Virus record (IMG/VR): IMGVR_UViG_3300045988_079296
Location: 32,001 to 96,000 of that record
Reading direction: 5' to 3' (one strand)
DNA length: 64,000 bases
Origin: a virus
Positions within the stretch are counted from its first letter, which is position 1; the number at the start of each line of letters is the position of its first letter. Below, in pieces: positions 44,242-53,149 of the stretch. The notes below the pieces were generated by a model. The model did not search any database and was not told the origin of the DNA. It saw only the letters and a list, made by a program, of their open reading frames with translations. A program made the position numbers and the translations under genes.

Positions 44242-44601
44242 TTACAATCTTCTTTTCTTCTCATCGCCCATTTGTTGCCATTTAAACCATACGGCATTCT
44301 TGTGGAACTGGCATTGCACTACGGGTGAATCATCAATTACTTTGTTATACGCTGCAATGAATGAACTACGGTTCATGTAGTTCATCGCTTGCTTATTTAA
44401 GAACTCTGTAATATTAATGCCAGTTACCGTATTGAAGTCCACTGATTGGGCACTATTGAAGAATGACTCTGTCCACTCGTACACGCTGAAGAAAGCGCAA
44501 GAGTTATCGGGCAAGATAACTTGAAGGATAGCACAACCCTCCAATACCAATGATTCAATCGCTTTTTGGAATAGCGTAAAATCTACTTGTTGTTGATTCA
44601 T
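44242..44601 (-). CDS. hypothetical protein
   Basis: 119 aa with an ATG start. Confidence 0.5.
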   Translation of the reverse strand: MNQQQVDFTLFQKAIESLVLEGCAILQVILPDNSCAFFSVYEWTESFFNSAQSVDFNTVTGINITEFLNKQAMNYMNRSSFIAAYNKVIDDSPVVQCQFHKNAVWFKWQQMGDEKKRRL

Positions 44602-45221
44602 AATTCTCCTTTCTCTTGTAATTCAATTAACATTTCTTTTATATGCTTTAAACACTTGGAATATTCGGCAGATGTTACTTCGGGATTATCCCTCAAGAAC
44701 TCGGATGTTTTCTGACCGTTCATTCGGCTGCGGCTTATCCTTATTTCAAGCTCCGTAAAATTCATATTTTCCATTAGAATTTCGGCTGTATTCGGCTTCT
44801 CATCTTCTCGTAGGTCGGGATGACAGACGGTGATTGCTTCGGTCAGTTCTACTTTGTCGTTGACCAACGCTCTCTGGTAGTGCTTGAAGAAATAACGGGA
44901 TAACGCCTTGTTGTAATAGAAATAAAAACTATTGGATGGAAGCACTTTGTATTTTTCTACACATTTGTTGAATATCAAGAAGCACTCCGATACCAATTCA
45001 TCCCTTTCAGGCAAATCGTCTTTCAACGGAGTATTCCCCAAAAGATTGAGAAAGTTAGTGACGTTCTTAACAACTATGTCTTTCATCATACGGAATACCA
45101 AATTTGAGAAAGCCAAACGCCTTCTCTCGGTATTACCGAACTTTATCATTACAATAAATTTATTGACCACCTTGGGTCTGTAATGATAATCAGTCTTAAA
45201 TATTTCATGCTCCAATCCCAT
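44598..45221 (-). CDS. sigma-70 family-like factor (divergent)
   Basis: 207 aa. The region-2-like segment is DELVSECFLIFNKCVEKYK...FYFYYNKALSRYFFKHYQR. The region-4-like segment is FTELEIRISRSRMNGQKTSEF. Confidence 0.45.
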   Translation of the reverse strand: MGLEHEIFKTDYHYRPKVVNKFIVMIKFGNTERRRLAFSNLVFRMMKDIVVKNVTNFLNLLGNTPLKDDLPERDELVSECFLIFNKCVEKYKVLPSNSFYFYYNKALSRYFFKHYQRALVNDKVELTEAITVCHPDLREDEKPNTAEILMENMNFTELEIRISRSRMNGQKTSEFLRDNPEVTSAEYSKCLKHIKEMLIELQEKGEL

Positions 45222-45227
45222 AACGCT

Positions 45228-45566
45228 TTATTGACCTTTTTTGTACTTCTTCATTTGCTCCATTGCTTCGTGTAGTTGATGTTCTTTAAACGGCTTGACC
45301 TTCTTCTCATAATGGTCATGAGAGCGTTTTTTAAGCATTTCCTGCTTTTGTTCTTTGGATGCTGAGCCGTACTTACCAACCTCAATATTTTTCTCGGATA
45401 GCGGAATATTTGCGTTTGGGTTTATTTCCTCACGTATCTCTCCGCACTTCGGACAAGGAGCAACTGTTGCTTGAAGATGTCCGTTGACAACTTTATACGT
45501 TACAGAGCTATATTCATCTTCAACTCCACAACGTTCACAATTTTCGTTTCTACAAATAAATTTCAT
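45228..45566 (-). CDS. zinc-ribbon protein
   Basis: 112 aa, CRNENCERCG ... CPKCG. Confidence 0.5.
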   Translation of the reverse strand: MKFICRNENCERCGVEDEYSSVTYKVVNGHLQATVAPCPKCGEIREEINPNANIPLSEKNIEVGKYGSASKEQKQEMLKKRSHDHYEKKVKPFKEHQLHEAMEQMKKYKKGQ

Positions 45567-46075
45567 ATTTTCTCCTTAATTCTTGCATATTCAACAATCA
45601 AAAGAGCATCTGATATGTCTAACCATTCGCCCTTCTTTACAATACCAAATTTAGCCCCAACGCTCGGATAGAGTTGTTGTGCTCGTTCCATTAATTTAGT
45701 TTTCCATTGGTTAGTAGTTTTCTTCCCTTTAGAACCAAGTTGCAAGGCTTTCTGCCATACTTGAGGCGGTGTTTCGATAGTCTTAATCTTTCTGCATAAA
45801 AGAGCCATTTCCAACCATCCAAAACCCTTTCCGAACGTAAACATAGCTTGACCGCCCTGACCTGGCATTCCTTGTACCTTTTCAAGATAGCAAATAGCAT
45901 TCTTTTGATACTTAGAAATAACCAATAAGATACCCATTGGAGTTTCAGGCATCTTACCGACATATATAACTTCGTCTCGGTCTATCGAATAGACTACTAT
46001 ACCACCGTTCTTGCCAGGGTCAATTGCTATTATCTTCTTATCTTTCAGGTATTTAACCCAATCTTTATCCTCCAT
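45563..46075 (-). CDS. RuvC-like Holliday junction resolvase
   Basis: 170 aa. The N-terminal IIAIDPGKNGGIVVYS is the RNaseH-fold catalytic Asp motif. Its position in the recombination module supports the call. Confidence 0.55.
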   Translation of the reverse strand: MEDKDWVKYLKDKKIIAIDPGKNGGIVVYSIDRDEVIYVGKMPETPMGILLVISKYQKNAICYLEKVQGMPGQGGQAMFTFGKGFGWLEMALLCRKIKTIETPPQVWQKALQLGSKGKKTTNQWKTKLMERAQQLYPSVGAKFGIVKKGEWLDISDALLIVEYARIKEKI

Positions 46076-46110
46076 CTATGATATAAGTTTACATGTTATA
46101 CATTTAGGTA

Positions 46111-47982
46111 TTAACTTTGTAAATTTTCAACGTATCGTGCTATATTACGCTCCTTAACCACAAACAATTTATTCTCACTGTTGAAAGTTTCGGAGACGTT
46201 TTGGGTTATCATGAGAATTGTAACGCCAAGTTTCTCGAATATCTTGATAATATTCTCTTGACCCTTTGAATCAACTCCGTGAAAGCATTCATCGAAACAA
46301 AGAAGGTTCAAGCCTTTTCCGTTCGTAGATAAATTGATAAGATGTTGTATTCCCAATACTCCTGCAAGGTTTACACGCCCTTTCTCACCTCCTGACTTAG
46401 CCTTGAAGGTCTCTGCCGTAGTTCCATCGGACTGGATAAATACGTCAATCTTTTCCCGAACCTCGCCAGACTTCAAGACGGTGAACCCCGATATACTTAC
46501 AGACAAGTCAACGTCAAACTTCCGAAGGAATGAATTTGTTATTCCCTCTATGACTTTGATACTCTTATTCGCAAGGTAGGTAGTAAAACCAGAACGCCCC
46601 ATATGGAATTGCCAGAAACGTATCATATCCAACTCTTCCGTGAGCTTAGCAATCTGTTTTAGCTTCGGCTCAATCTCCGCTTCTGTTTGTTTAATCTTCT
46701 CTTGTACGGCTTTTAGTTGCTTGTTATCCTTCTTCCTTGTTTTTAGTTCTACCAACTCCATGCAAAGGTTGGTATCTTTATTCTTCAAGTCAACAACTTC
46801 TTCTTTCTTTCTTCGGAGCTTTCGTTCATATTGAGCTTTCTCTTCCTCTAAGTCATCAAGAAGTTCTTGACCTCGTTCGCCTTCTTCTATCTTTGTTTTG
46901 AGCTTCTTTAGCTTGACTCTTCTTGCTTCCAATTTCTTTTCAATCTTCGGCAAGGTTTGTTCCGCTTCCTTGATAAGCTCTCTTGCTTCTTCGGCTGATA
47001 CGTCAAAGTCATTTTCCTCAACAATCTCTTCTCCGCACTTCGGACAAACAACGACTTCATCCAATACTCCTTGAAGTTTCTTTTTGATAGTCTTTGTCTC
47101 TGAAAGTTCTTCCTCCAGTTCTTCTATCTCGGTACGGACTTGTTTGCGTTGCTTCTTTAACTCCGTTACATCTTCTACCGTAATAGCGGCAATTTGTTCC
47201 TCTCTTATCTGAATTGACTTCTCCAACTTCTTGACTTGCGCTTCGGCTTCCGTCCGTTCTTCTCGTACCTCGTCAATCCTCCCGTTCAGTTCCTCTATAA
47301 GTTCATCGGTATTGTCTTGTTTTACCAATTCCTCTGCTTGCTCTTCATAGATTTCCTTTCTCGTGGATAATTCCCCTACCTCGTCAGAAACAATCTTGTA
47401 ATCTGCTTCTTTTTCTTTCAATCGCATCGAAAGTTCTTCCAAGACTGGATTAACCATATCGGCTGAGGTGATGCGGTTCATTATCTCCTTTTTGTCTCCG
47501 TCCGAAGCCGTGAAGAACGTGTACCGATTATCTTGGCTTATTATGAAGTAACGCAACAAGTCCTCTCGGTTAATTCCTATCAACTCATATACTCGGTCAT
47601 TAGCTTCCGCAACCTTCGTTATTTGCTTGTTGAGTTTATCATCTTCATACAACTCCACTTTAACGGGTTTGTTGCCTCGGTAAAACCTTCTTACAATTCG
47701 GAGCTTCTTTTTTAAGGTTGGATTGAATAGAGAAAAGTCCACGCAACATTCTTCTTCCTCTCGGTTGATGAATGCTTCCTTCTTAACCTCTCTCAAACTC
47801 TCGTTGGTAAGAGCTATGGCAATACCTTCAAGCAACGTTGTTTTCCCAGCTCCGTTATTCTCCATGCCACGGTCAGTGTTGTTTTTTCCGAAGATAACGG
47901 TACACTGGTTGTTCTTGAACTTATACTCGGAATATTTATGAGCAAACAAATTCTCAATCGTTATTTTATCAGGACACCACAT
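46111..47982 (-). CDS. sbcC: SbcC/Rad50-like ATPase (T4 gp46 analogue)
   Basis: 623 aa. Walker A is NNGAGKTTLLEG. There are long coiled coils with a CPKCGEE zinc hook. The signature SGGEKGRV and Walker B LLCFDECF are present. Confidence 0.9.
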   Translation of the reverse strand: MWCPDKITIENLFAHKYSEYKFKNNQCTVIFGKNNTDRGMENNGAGKTTLLEGIAIALTNESLREVKKEAFINREEEECCVDFSLFNPTLKKKLRIVRRFYRGNKPVKVELYEDDKLNKQITKVAEANDRVYELIGINREDLLRYFIISQDNRYTFFTASDGDKKEIMNRITSADMVNPVLEELSMRLKEKEADYKIVSDEVGELSTRKEIYEEQAEELVKQDNTDELIEELNGRIDEVREERTEAEAQVKKLEKSIQIREEQIAAITVEDVTELKKQRKQVRTEIEELEEELSETKTIKKKLQGVLDEVVVCPKCGEEIVEENDFDVSAEEARELIKEAEQTLPKIEKKLEARRVKLKKLKTKIEEGERGQELLDDLEEEKAQYERKLRRKKEEVVDLKNKDTNLCMELVELKTRKKDNKQLKAVQEKIKQTEAEIEPKLKQIAKLTEELDMIRFWQFHMGRSGFTTYLANKSIKVIEGITNSFLRKFDVDLSVSISGFTVLKSGEVREKIDVFIQSDGTTAETFKAKSGGEKGRVNLAGVLGIQHLINLSTNGKGLNLLCFDECFHGVDSKGQENIIKIFEKLGVTILMITQNVSETFNSENKLFVVKERNIARYVENLQS

Positions 47983-49063
47983 ACTTAACTTGCTTTATCA
48001 AATCCAACCCATACTTGAACTTATCTCCCTTTATCTTGCTTTCGGAACAGAAGCGGATGAAGTCTTGCTTTAATGTTTTTGTATCGTAACTCAACACCTC
48101 TTCGTTTTCGCTTATCTCCATGGCTTCAATTTGTTCTTCGGCTTCAAATTTACAATCAATACCGTACTTGGTTTGTATTTCTACCATATTGATTTTATGA
48201 GCATCCGCTCTCTTACCCCGAAAAACGAACCTCACAAAGTCCTCCCGTTCTTCATCGCCATACTTCTCCAGTAAGTTCATCAACGTCTCTTTATCGTTTA
48301 CGTCAATAGCCTCCTTGATATACTTCGGGAACTTAGACGGGATGAACTTCGTACTTCCATCGTCAAATATGACTGTGAAGCCTTTGTCTGTTATATTCTC
48401 GCCATAATTGTTCTGATAAGCCGAACCCGTATATATAACATTATCCGACAGCTTACTTGCGTTATGATAGTGACCAATCAGTACCTTAGTCCAATTCTCA
48501 AACATAGACGGCTTAATCAAAGACTTTACAGCCGTACCGTCATTGTTTAGAACTCCGTCAAACCCCGAATGAGTTATGAGTATTTTCGGATAACTCTCAT
48601 CAATGTCTCCATCTTTGTAGTTTTCCTCAATTTCCTCTTCTATCTTTTCAAATTCCTCCAACCACTTCTCGTCTTTGAAATAGGGAATGAACGCCAAAAC
48701 CACCCCGCCAATAATCCTGCGACTACCAGAGCGGTAAAGATGAACACACCGATCAGAATAAACATCCAAATAACTCTTCTCATCGTCTGAATCCGTTTTA
48801 TCATGATTGCCTGGAATGAGGTGAATTTCCATTTCCGCTTCCTCAATCATTTGTAGTATTTCTTTCCAATCCGTTAAACAAGACAGAGGTTGCCCCGAAC
48901 GGTTGGTGAATATATCCCCTCCGCAAATTATACGGTCAGTTCCATAATCAATGCAAAGATTGATAAGCTGACTAAATATATATTTAACCAACTTACCATT
49001 ATCTTTGTCCAAATGTGGGTCATTGATAAGTATTCCAATTGCTTCTTTCTTACTTTTCTTCAT
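47969..49063 (-). CDS. sbcD: SbcD/Mre11-like nuclease (T4 gp47 analogue)
   Basis: Phosphoesterase motifs seen: INDPHLD, GGDIF, IPGNHD, ILITHSG and IGHYHN. The track start at 49114 is TTG. ATG 49063 is preferred (alternative at 49096). Confidence 0.85.
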   Translation of the reverse strand: MKKSKKEAIGILINDPHLDKDNGKLVKYIFSQLINLCIDYGTDRIICGGDIFTNRSGQPLSCLTDWKEILQMIEEAEMEIHLIPGNHDKTDSDDEKSYLDVYSDRCVHLYRSGSRRIIGGVVLAFIPYFKDEKWLEEFEKIEEEIEENYKDGDIDESYPKILITHSGFDGVLNNDGTAVKSLIKPSMFENWTKVLIGHYHNASKLSDNVIYTGSAYQNNYGENITDKGFTVIFDDGSTKFIPSKFPKYIKEAIDVNDKETLMNLLEKYGDEEREDFVRFVFRGKRADAHKINMVEIQTKYGIDCKFEAEEQIEAMEISENEEVLSYDTKTLKQDFIRFCSESKIKGDKFKYGLDLIKQVKYVVS

Positions 49064-49079
49064 ACCCTTAATAACGCTG

Positions 49080-50210
49080 TTAATCCTCTTCTTCATCCTC
49101 CAATCCCTTGGCAAGTGAAGCCTTTAATTCAAGAAGGTCGTTTTGCATTGACTTCTTAATTTTAGCATGTAGGATTAGTAAGAACTTGTCGTGGTCTTGA
49201 TACAACTGAAATAACTCTCTCGGAGAACTCCATGAAAGTTTACCCTTCATGAACGTCATCTTCTTTGCCCCTTCTTTCTTCAATATACCTACCTCCAAGG
49301 CATAGTCAATATCTTCTTGGGATAGGATAACTCCATAACCAAGCAATATTCGTATGTCGGTTGCTTTACGGCTTCCGAAGTCGTTTTTGACAACCTTTAC
49401 TTTGGTTATCTGAGCAACCTCTACATCGTCCAGTTTCTCGGACTTAATAAGCGTTGTTGAAAGACGAATTGTTGGCATAAGTTCTACCCATTCACCTCCC
49501 GTACTTTTCTTGCTCTTGATAAATGAGCCAGGTGCGGTATTGTCGTATTGGTGATTAAGCATTACAAAATGTATAACATGAGAATACATTTCTGACGTGA
49601 GATATTTTGCGAACTTCTTGGCTTCCTTGGCAAAAGCCATCATCTTCTCATTTTTCAACTCCAAGTCTTCAACGTCATCCCCCTTAGCAAGAGCTTTCTC
49701 CATTAACTTGATATTCTCTTCCATAGTGTCAAACTCCGCTTTCGACAAGGTAGCTCCAAGACTATCCCACATAAAGAAGAATTTTGGTTTTAACTTCTCC
49801 GCTTTCAAGACTTCGGTTGCATCGTTTATCAGCTTCTTAACAAGCATAAACATCGCTTCCACATACTTAATCTTGATTATGATTATCCGCTTTACTGGGA
49901 TACCAAGTTGAATAGCATAATCCTTATTGTCTCGGTTTTCGCTGGAAAGAATAACGGCAATGCCATCATCGGGGTTTTCCCTTAGAAAGTTCTTCATCGC
50001 CATAAGTCCTATGGTTGTTTTACCGCTTCTACTTGGCCCAGCAATCTCTATTATTCCCGTAGGTAGTCCGAACGTGCGAAGGTTGTAATCAAGCGTAGGA
50101 CTGCCTGTGTGTGCCCAGCTTTTGATTTCCTTGAATCCGTCCTTATCGGAGAACTTTATGACATCATCGGAGTTGAACCGCCCAACGATTTTATCAATTA
50201 ATTTATTCAT
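49080..50210 (-). CDS. RecA/UvsX-like recombinase
   Basis: Walker A is IAGPSRSGKTTIGL and Walker B is FFFMWDSLGATLSK. The overall layout is like T4 UvsX. ATG 50210 is preferred because the track start lies inside the terminator. Confidence 0.75.
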   Translation of the reverse strand: MNKLIDKIVGRFNSDDVIKFSDKDGFKEIKSWAHTGSPTLDYNLRTFGLPTGIIEIAGPSRSGKTTIGLMAMKNFLRENPDDGIAVILSSENRDNKDYAIQLGIPVKRIIIIKIKYVEAMFMLVKKLINDATEVLKAEKLKPKFFFMWDSLGATLSKAEFDTMEENIKLMEKALAKGDDVEDLELKNEKMMAFAKEAKKFAKYLTSEMYSHVIHFVMLNHQYDNTAPGSFIKSKKSTGGEWVELMPTIRLSTTLIKSEKLDDVEVAQITKVKVVKNDFGSRKATDIRILLGYGVILSQEDIDYALEVGILKKEGAKKMTFMKGKLSWSSPRELFQLYQDHDKFLLILHAKIKKSMQNDLLELKASLAKGLEDEEED

Positions 50211-50221
50211 AATATTTTGTT

Positions 50222-50260
50222 TTACAAAAAGAGCCAACAATATATTGCTACTGTCGGCTC
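50222..50260 (-). terminator. rho-independent terminator
   Basis: 9-bp stem gagccaaca (50231-50239) / tgtcggctc (50252-50260) with one G-U pair. On the minus strand it is followed by tttttgtaaaac. Confidence 0.65.
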
Positions 50261-50287
50261 TCTTTTTTAGTTATCAATATGAAGGAA

Positions 50288-51649
50288 TTATTTCTTGCCG
50301 TTCAACTTACTGCGAATGTCCTTCATTGTAAGTTTTGCTTTTGGCTTTTCTTCTTCCTCATCGTCCTCTTCTTCGGTTTCATCTTCACCCTCTTCGTCAG
50401 AGTCATCCATGGCTTCTCGGATAGCTTCACGCAGGTCATCGTCTGACATAGACTTCTTAACCGATACTTCCAAACCTTGCTCTTTTATGTACTTCTTGAG
50501 CTCGCTTCTGTCCATATCGTCCAAGCCGTCATCCTCCGCTTCTGTTTCCTCTTCTTCGCTCTCTTCCTCTTCGTCATCATCTTCTTCCTCGTCCTCTGGC
50601 TCTTCTACTTTCTTTTTGCCCTTCGGAGCTGCTTTGGAAGATTTCTTGGCGGGTTTTTCTTCCTCTTCTTCATCATCGCTGTCGTCCTCATCTTCTTCCT
50701 CTTCTTTCTTGGAAGTCTTTTTGGACGTTACTTTCTTTGAGGTTTTCTTTTTTGGCTTTTCTTCTTCCTCATCGTCCTCTGCGTCATATTGGGCTTTCAC
50801 CTCTTCTACGATAGCCAACCAATCTTCGTCCTCGAACATTTCCAGTTCATGTTCTTCGTCAAAGTTCTGCAAGCCTTCCAAAGCACGTTCAAAGTCTCTC
50901 ATGCCGTAGGTCGGGATAACCTCTGAAAGTGGTTTAAGGGTCATGAAATACTCAATTTCCTCGTCTGTAAGAGGTCTTGGAGATACCTTTTTGGGGAAGG
51001 TAGTTTCATAGTAATTTTCGCCCTTCTTCTTGTTCGGCTTCTTCATGTACTTAACCATGATTGGCAAACCTTCATCGGGGTCAGTGAACGGGTCAACTTC
51101 AATCGGCTCGTCCTCATCTTCGGAGAATGCAAGTTTGTTCATCTGGTCACGAACCATTTTCTTGAACTCCCACAATTTAGCTCTCAACTCTTCGTCAGCC
51201 ACTACCTTATCAGCGTAGCACAACCAAGTGTACTGCGGGCTCAATGAATCTTGTCCTGAGAAGCATTCCAATTTGTCCGCATCCTTCTTCCACTTGTTCT
51301 TAGCGAACTTGATGAACTCGGCGCAAATATCCTTCTCCGTACCTCCGTGAACTACGGAGTCAAGAACCGTTCCACGTCCTTGTTCGCCATCGTTGCGTTC
51401 GTAGGTTATCCAGTAACACTTCTTGGCTACATAGAAGTTTTCCTCACCAGGGTGACCAGGGAAGATACGAATTTTGATTGTCTTACCGTCCTCCAAGTTC
51501 AGATACTCGTTACTTTGAACGCCAACCATTTCGTTGTCTTCGTCCACTACCTTCTTCAATTTCTTGATTGAAGTAGGTTTTAATGCGGCTCTTAAATCAC
51601 CGCCTTTTGATGCATTTTTCTTTGCCATAGCTTTCTTAAAATCTACCAT
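50288..51649 (-). CDS. gp32-like ssDNA-binding protein with long acidic tail and HeH/SAP-like module
   Basis: 453 aa. GKTIKIRIFPGHPGEENFY parallels T4 gp32 GQAVIRFLPSKND, and KLWEFKKMVRDQMNKL parallels KVFKYRFGKKIWDKI. The C-terminus is extremely acidic. Its position is between UvsY-like and UvsX-like genes. Confidence 0.5.
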   Translation of the reverse strand: MVDFKKAMAKKNASKGGDLRAALKPTSIKKLKKVVDEDNEMVGVQSNEYLNLEDGKTIKIRIFPGHPGEENFYVAKKCYWITYERNDGEQGRGTVLDSVVHGGTEKDICAEFIKFAKNKWKKDADKLECFSGQDSLSPQYTWLCYADKVVADEELRAKLWEFKKMVRDQMNKLAFSEDEDEPIEVDPFTDPDEGLPIMVKYMKKPNKKKGENYYETTFPKKVSPRPLTDEEIEYFMTLKPLSEVIPTYGMRDFERALEGLQNFDEEHELEMFEDEDWLAIVEEVKAQYDAEDDEEEEKPKKKTSKKVTSKKTSKKEEEEDEDDSDDEEEEEKPAKKSSKAAPKGKKKVEEPEDEEEDDDEEEESEEEETEAEDDGLDDMDRSELKKYIKEQGLEVSVKKSMSDDDLREAIREAMDDSDEEGEDETEEEDDEEEEKPKAKLTMKDIRSKLNGKK

Positions 51650-51664
51650 TTAAAATATTGTTAT

Positions 51665-52186
51665 TTAATCTCCAATCAGTTTTTTCGTTCTCTTTATAAG
51701 AACGTTGTTCACTCTACCTTCGATAACTGAATCAGCAATATCTCCTTGCTGAACCGTCAAACTTAATTTATCCAGTTTCTCGGACTTATCCTTGGCTGAC
51801 CAAAAGATAGAGTTCATATAATCTCTCGTCTTTTGTTTTTCAAGATAACTTCTGCGCATAGCTTGATAACCTTTCTCCAATAAAACCGCAGTATTGACTG
51901 CATCTACGCTCGGAGCTTTACCATTTCGGTCAGCAAGTTTGATACGCAAACTCTCCTTGAGTTTTGCTTCGGTTACTTCCAAGTTCAATTTAGCAAGAGC
52001 AACTTGATTTTCGGCTTCCGCAAGTAATTGACCAAAACGGTTTACAATGACTGGGAAGGTTATCATTTCGCCAATAAGGTTTGAATAATCAATCTTTAAT
52101 AGGCTATCAACGTCCACATCCTCGTCAAATTCATCAAACTTCAAAACGTAGGTTTGACTGCCTATGGTAATTACTTTCTTGTCCAT
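51665..52186 (-). CDS. UvsY-like recombination mediator (tentative)
   Basis: 173 aa and helical, with LLAEAENQVALAKLNLEVTEAKLKE. Its position next to the SSB and UvsX-like genes supports the call. Confidence 0.3.
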   Translation of the reverse strand: MDKKVITIGSQTYVLKFDEFDEDVDVDSLLKIDYSNLIGEMITFPVIVNRFGQLLAEAENQVALAKLNLEVTEAKLKESLRIKLADRNGKAPSVDAVNTAVLLEKGYQAMRRSYLEKQKTRDYMNSIFWSAKDKSEKLDKLSLTVQQGDIADSVIEGRVNNVLIKRTKKLIGD

Positions 52187-52188
52187 AC

Positions 52189-52497
52189 TTATTCTTTTTC
52201 TTGTTCTTCTTTTTCCTCTTCTTCAAGAATGTGTAACCCGATAACGGCATAACCGATAATGTCCTTTAGAGTGTCTTGGATGCTCTCAAAATTCGGCTCT
52301 TCTCCCTTTAATCGGTTTTCCACCATGTTTCTTAACCTTGATGTTTTGTCCCAAATATGAACCATGTTGCCGTTCATACCCAAATCAAAACTCGCTCCTT
52401 TGTAGTCTTTGTTTTTCTTTAACAAGATTTCAGTCATGCCATCAAAGATGCCATTGATACTTTCTCTCGTCATTTCTTCACCTTTCTTCTTACTCAT
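52189..52497 (-). CDS. DUF1599 / nucleotide-modification-associated domain 1 (MazG-fold) protein
   Basis: 102 aa. KNKDYKGASFDLG...IWDKTSRLRNMV...DTLKDIIGYAVIGLHIL fits the DUF1599 pattern as I remember it. Confidence 0.5.
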   Translation of the reverse strand: MSKKKGEEMTRESINGIFDGMTEILLKKNKDYKGASFDLGMNGNMVHIWDKTSRLRNMVENRLKGEEPNFESIQDTLKDIIGYAVIGLHILEEEEKEEQEKE

Positions 52498-53131
52498 CGT
52501 TAAATAAGTTTTTTAAATTATACAATTCGGTTATGTTAATCTCCACATCGGGGAAATTTATTTTCAAACTGTTTATAACAGCATCAACCGCTTTCGGGAA
52601 ATTTTGTTTTGCTCTCTCCCATTGTTCATCCAATCCTCTATTACCCAATGAACGTTCTCTTTTCATATAGAAGTAAAGAGCCATCCAATCGCATAGTTTA
52701 GCGAACTTCTTTTCAGGCTCTGGGCAAGCGCAAACCATAGATAACATCATATTTGATGCATCGGTATCTGTTCCGTGTTCGTCTGTTTCCTTGAACTCCC
52801 TTAACGCTATATGCTTTGATAGATTGTCAAGAACTCTTCTGACTTCCTCTCCGTTGTAGTCGTTATACTTAGTTTCATGGGACATATCCCGAAGTATCAA
52901 TGCTTCATCCCAATCGTGGAAGATAGCTCTTGAAACTACATCCAACTTAAACAATAATACCTTCGGGTCAATACTATGACCAAATACATCCTCCAATAAA
53001 ACTCTTGCGAATACCGCATCTTTATAAGAGTGTTGACTCACGCTTTCTTCCTTGAAAACGTCCATTTCCTGCCACTGCTTAATATTATCAAGTCTGTGCA
53101 GATACTTACTTTTGATAATCTTGTTTAACAT
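52490..53131 (-). CDS. HD-domain phosphohydrolase, YfbR-like 5'-deoxynucleotidase
   Basis: 213 aa. ESVSQHSYKDAVFARVL (H) plus AIFHDWDEALILRD (HD...D) parallels YfbR NVAEHS.../LFHDASE..TGD. Confidence 0.65.
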   Translation of the reverse strand: MLNKIIKSKYLHRLDNIKQWQEMDVFKEESVSQHSYKDAVFARVLLEDVFGHSIDPKVLLFKLDVVSRAIFHDWDEALILRDMSHETKYNDYNGEEVRRVLDNLSKHIALREFKETDEHGTDTDASNMMLSMVCACPEPEKKFAKLCDWMALYFYMKRERSLGNRGLDEQWERAKQNFPKAVDAVINSLKINFPDVEINITELYNLKNLFNDE

Positions 53132-53133
53132 TT

Positions 53134-53149
53134 CAATTTGATTTACGAT
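53134..53149 (-). promoter_or_regulatory. conserved leader motif copy 5 (caatttgatttacgat)
   Basis: 2 nt upstream of ATG 53131, within the 11-nt gap after dnaE. Confidence 0.65.

Noticed and set aside
50295-50909. Long plus-strand ORFs rich in Ser/Phe/Leu (50295-50909, 58054-58476, 58642-59358, 32968-33303, 33802-34110, 9153-9386 and others)
   Set aside because: They are antisense shadows of Glu/Asp/Lys-rich minus-strand genes: GAA/GAG/AAG codons read as TTC/CTC/CTT on the other strand. They have low-complexity composition, no independent start context, and every recognisable gene is on the minus strand.
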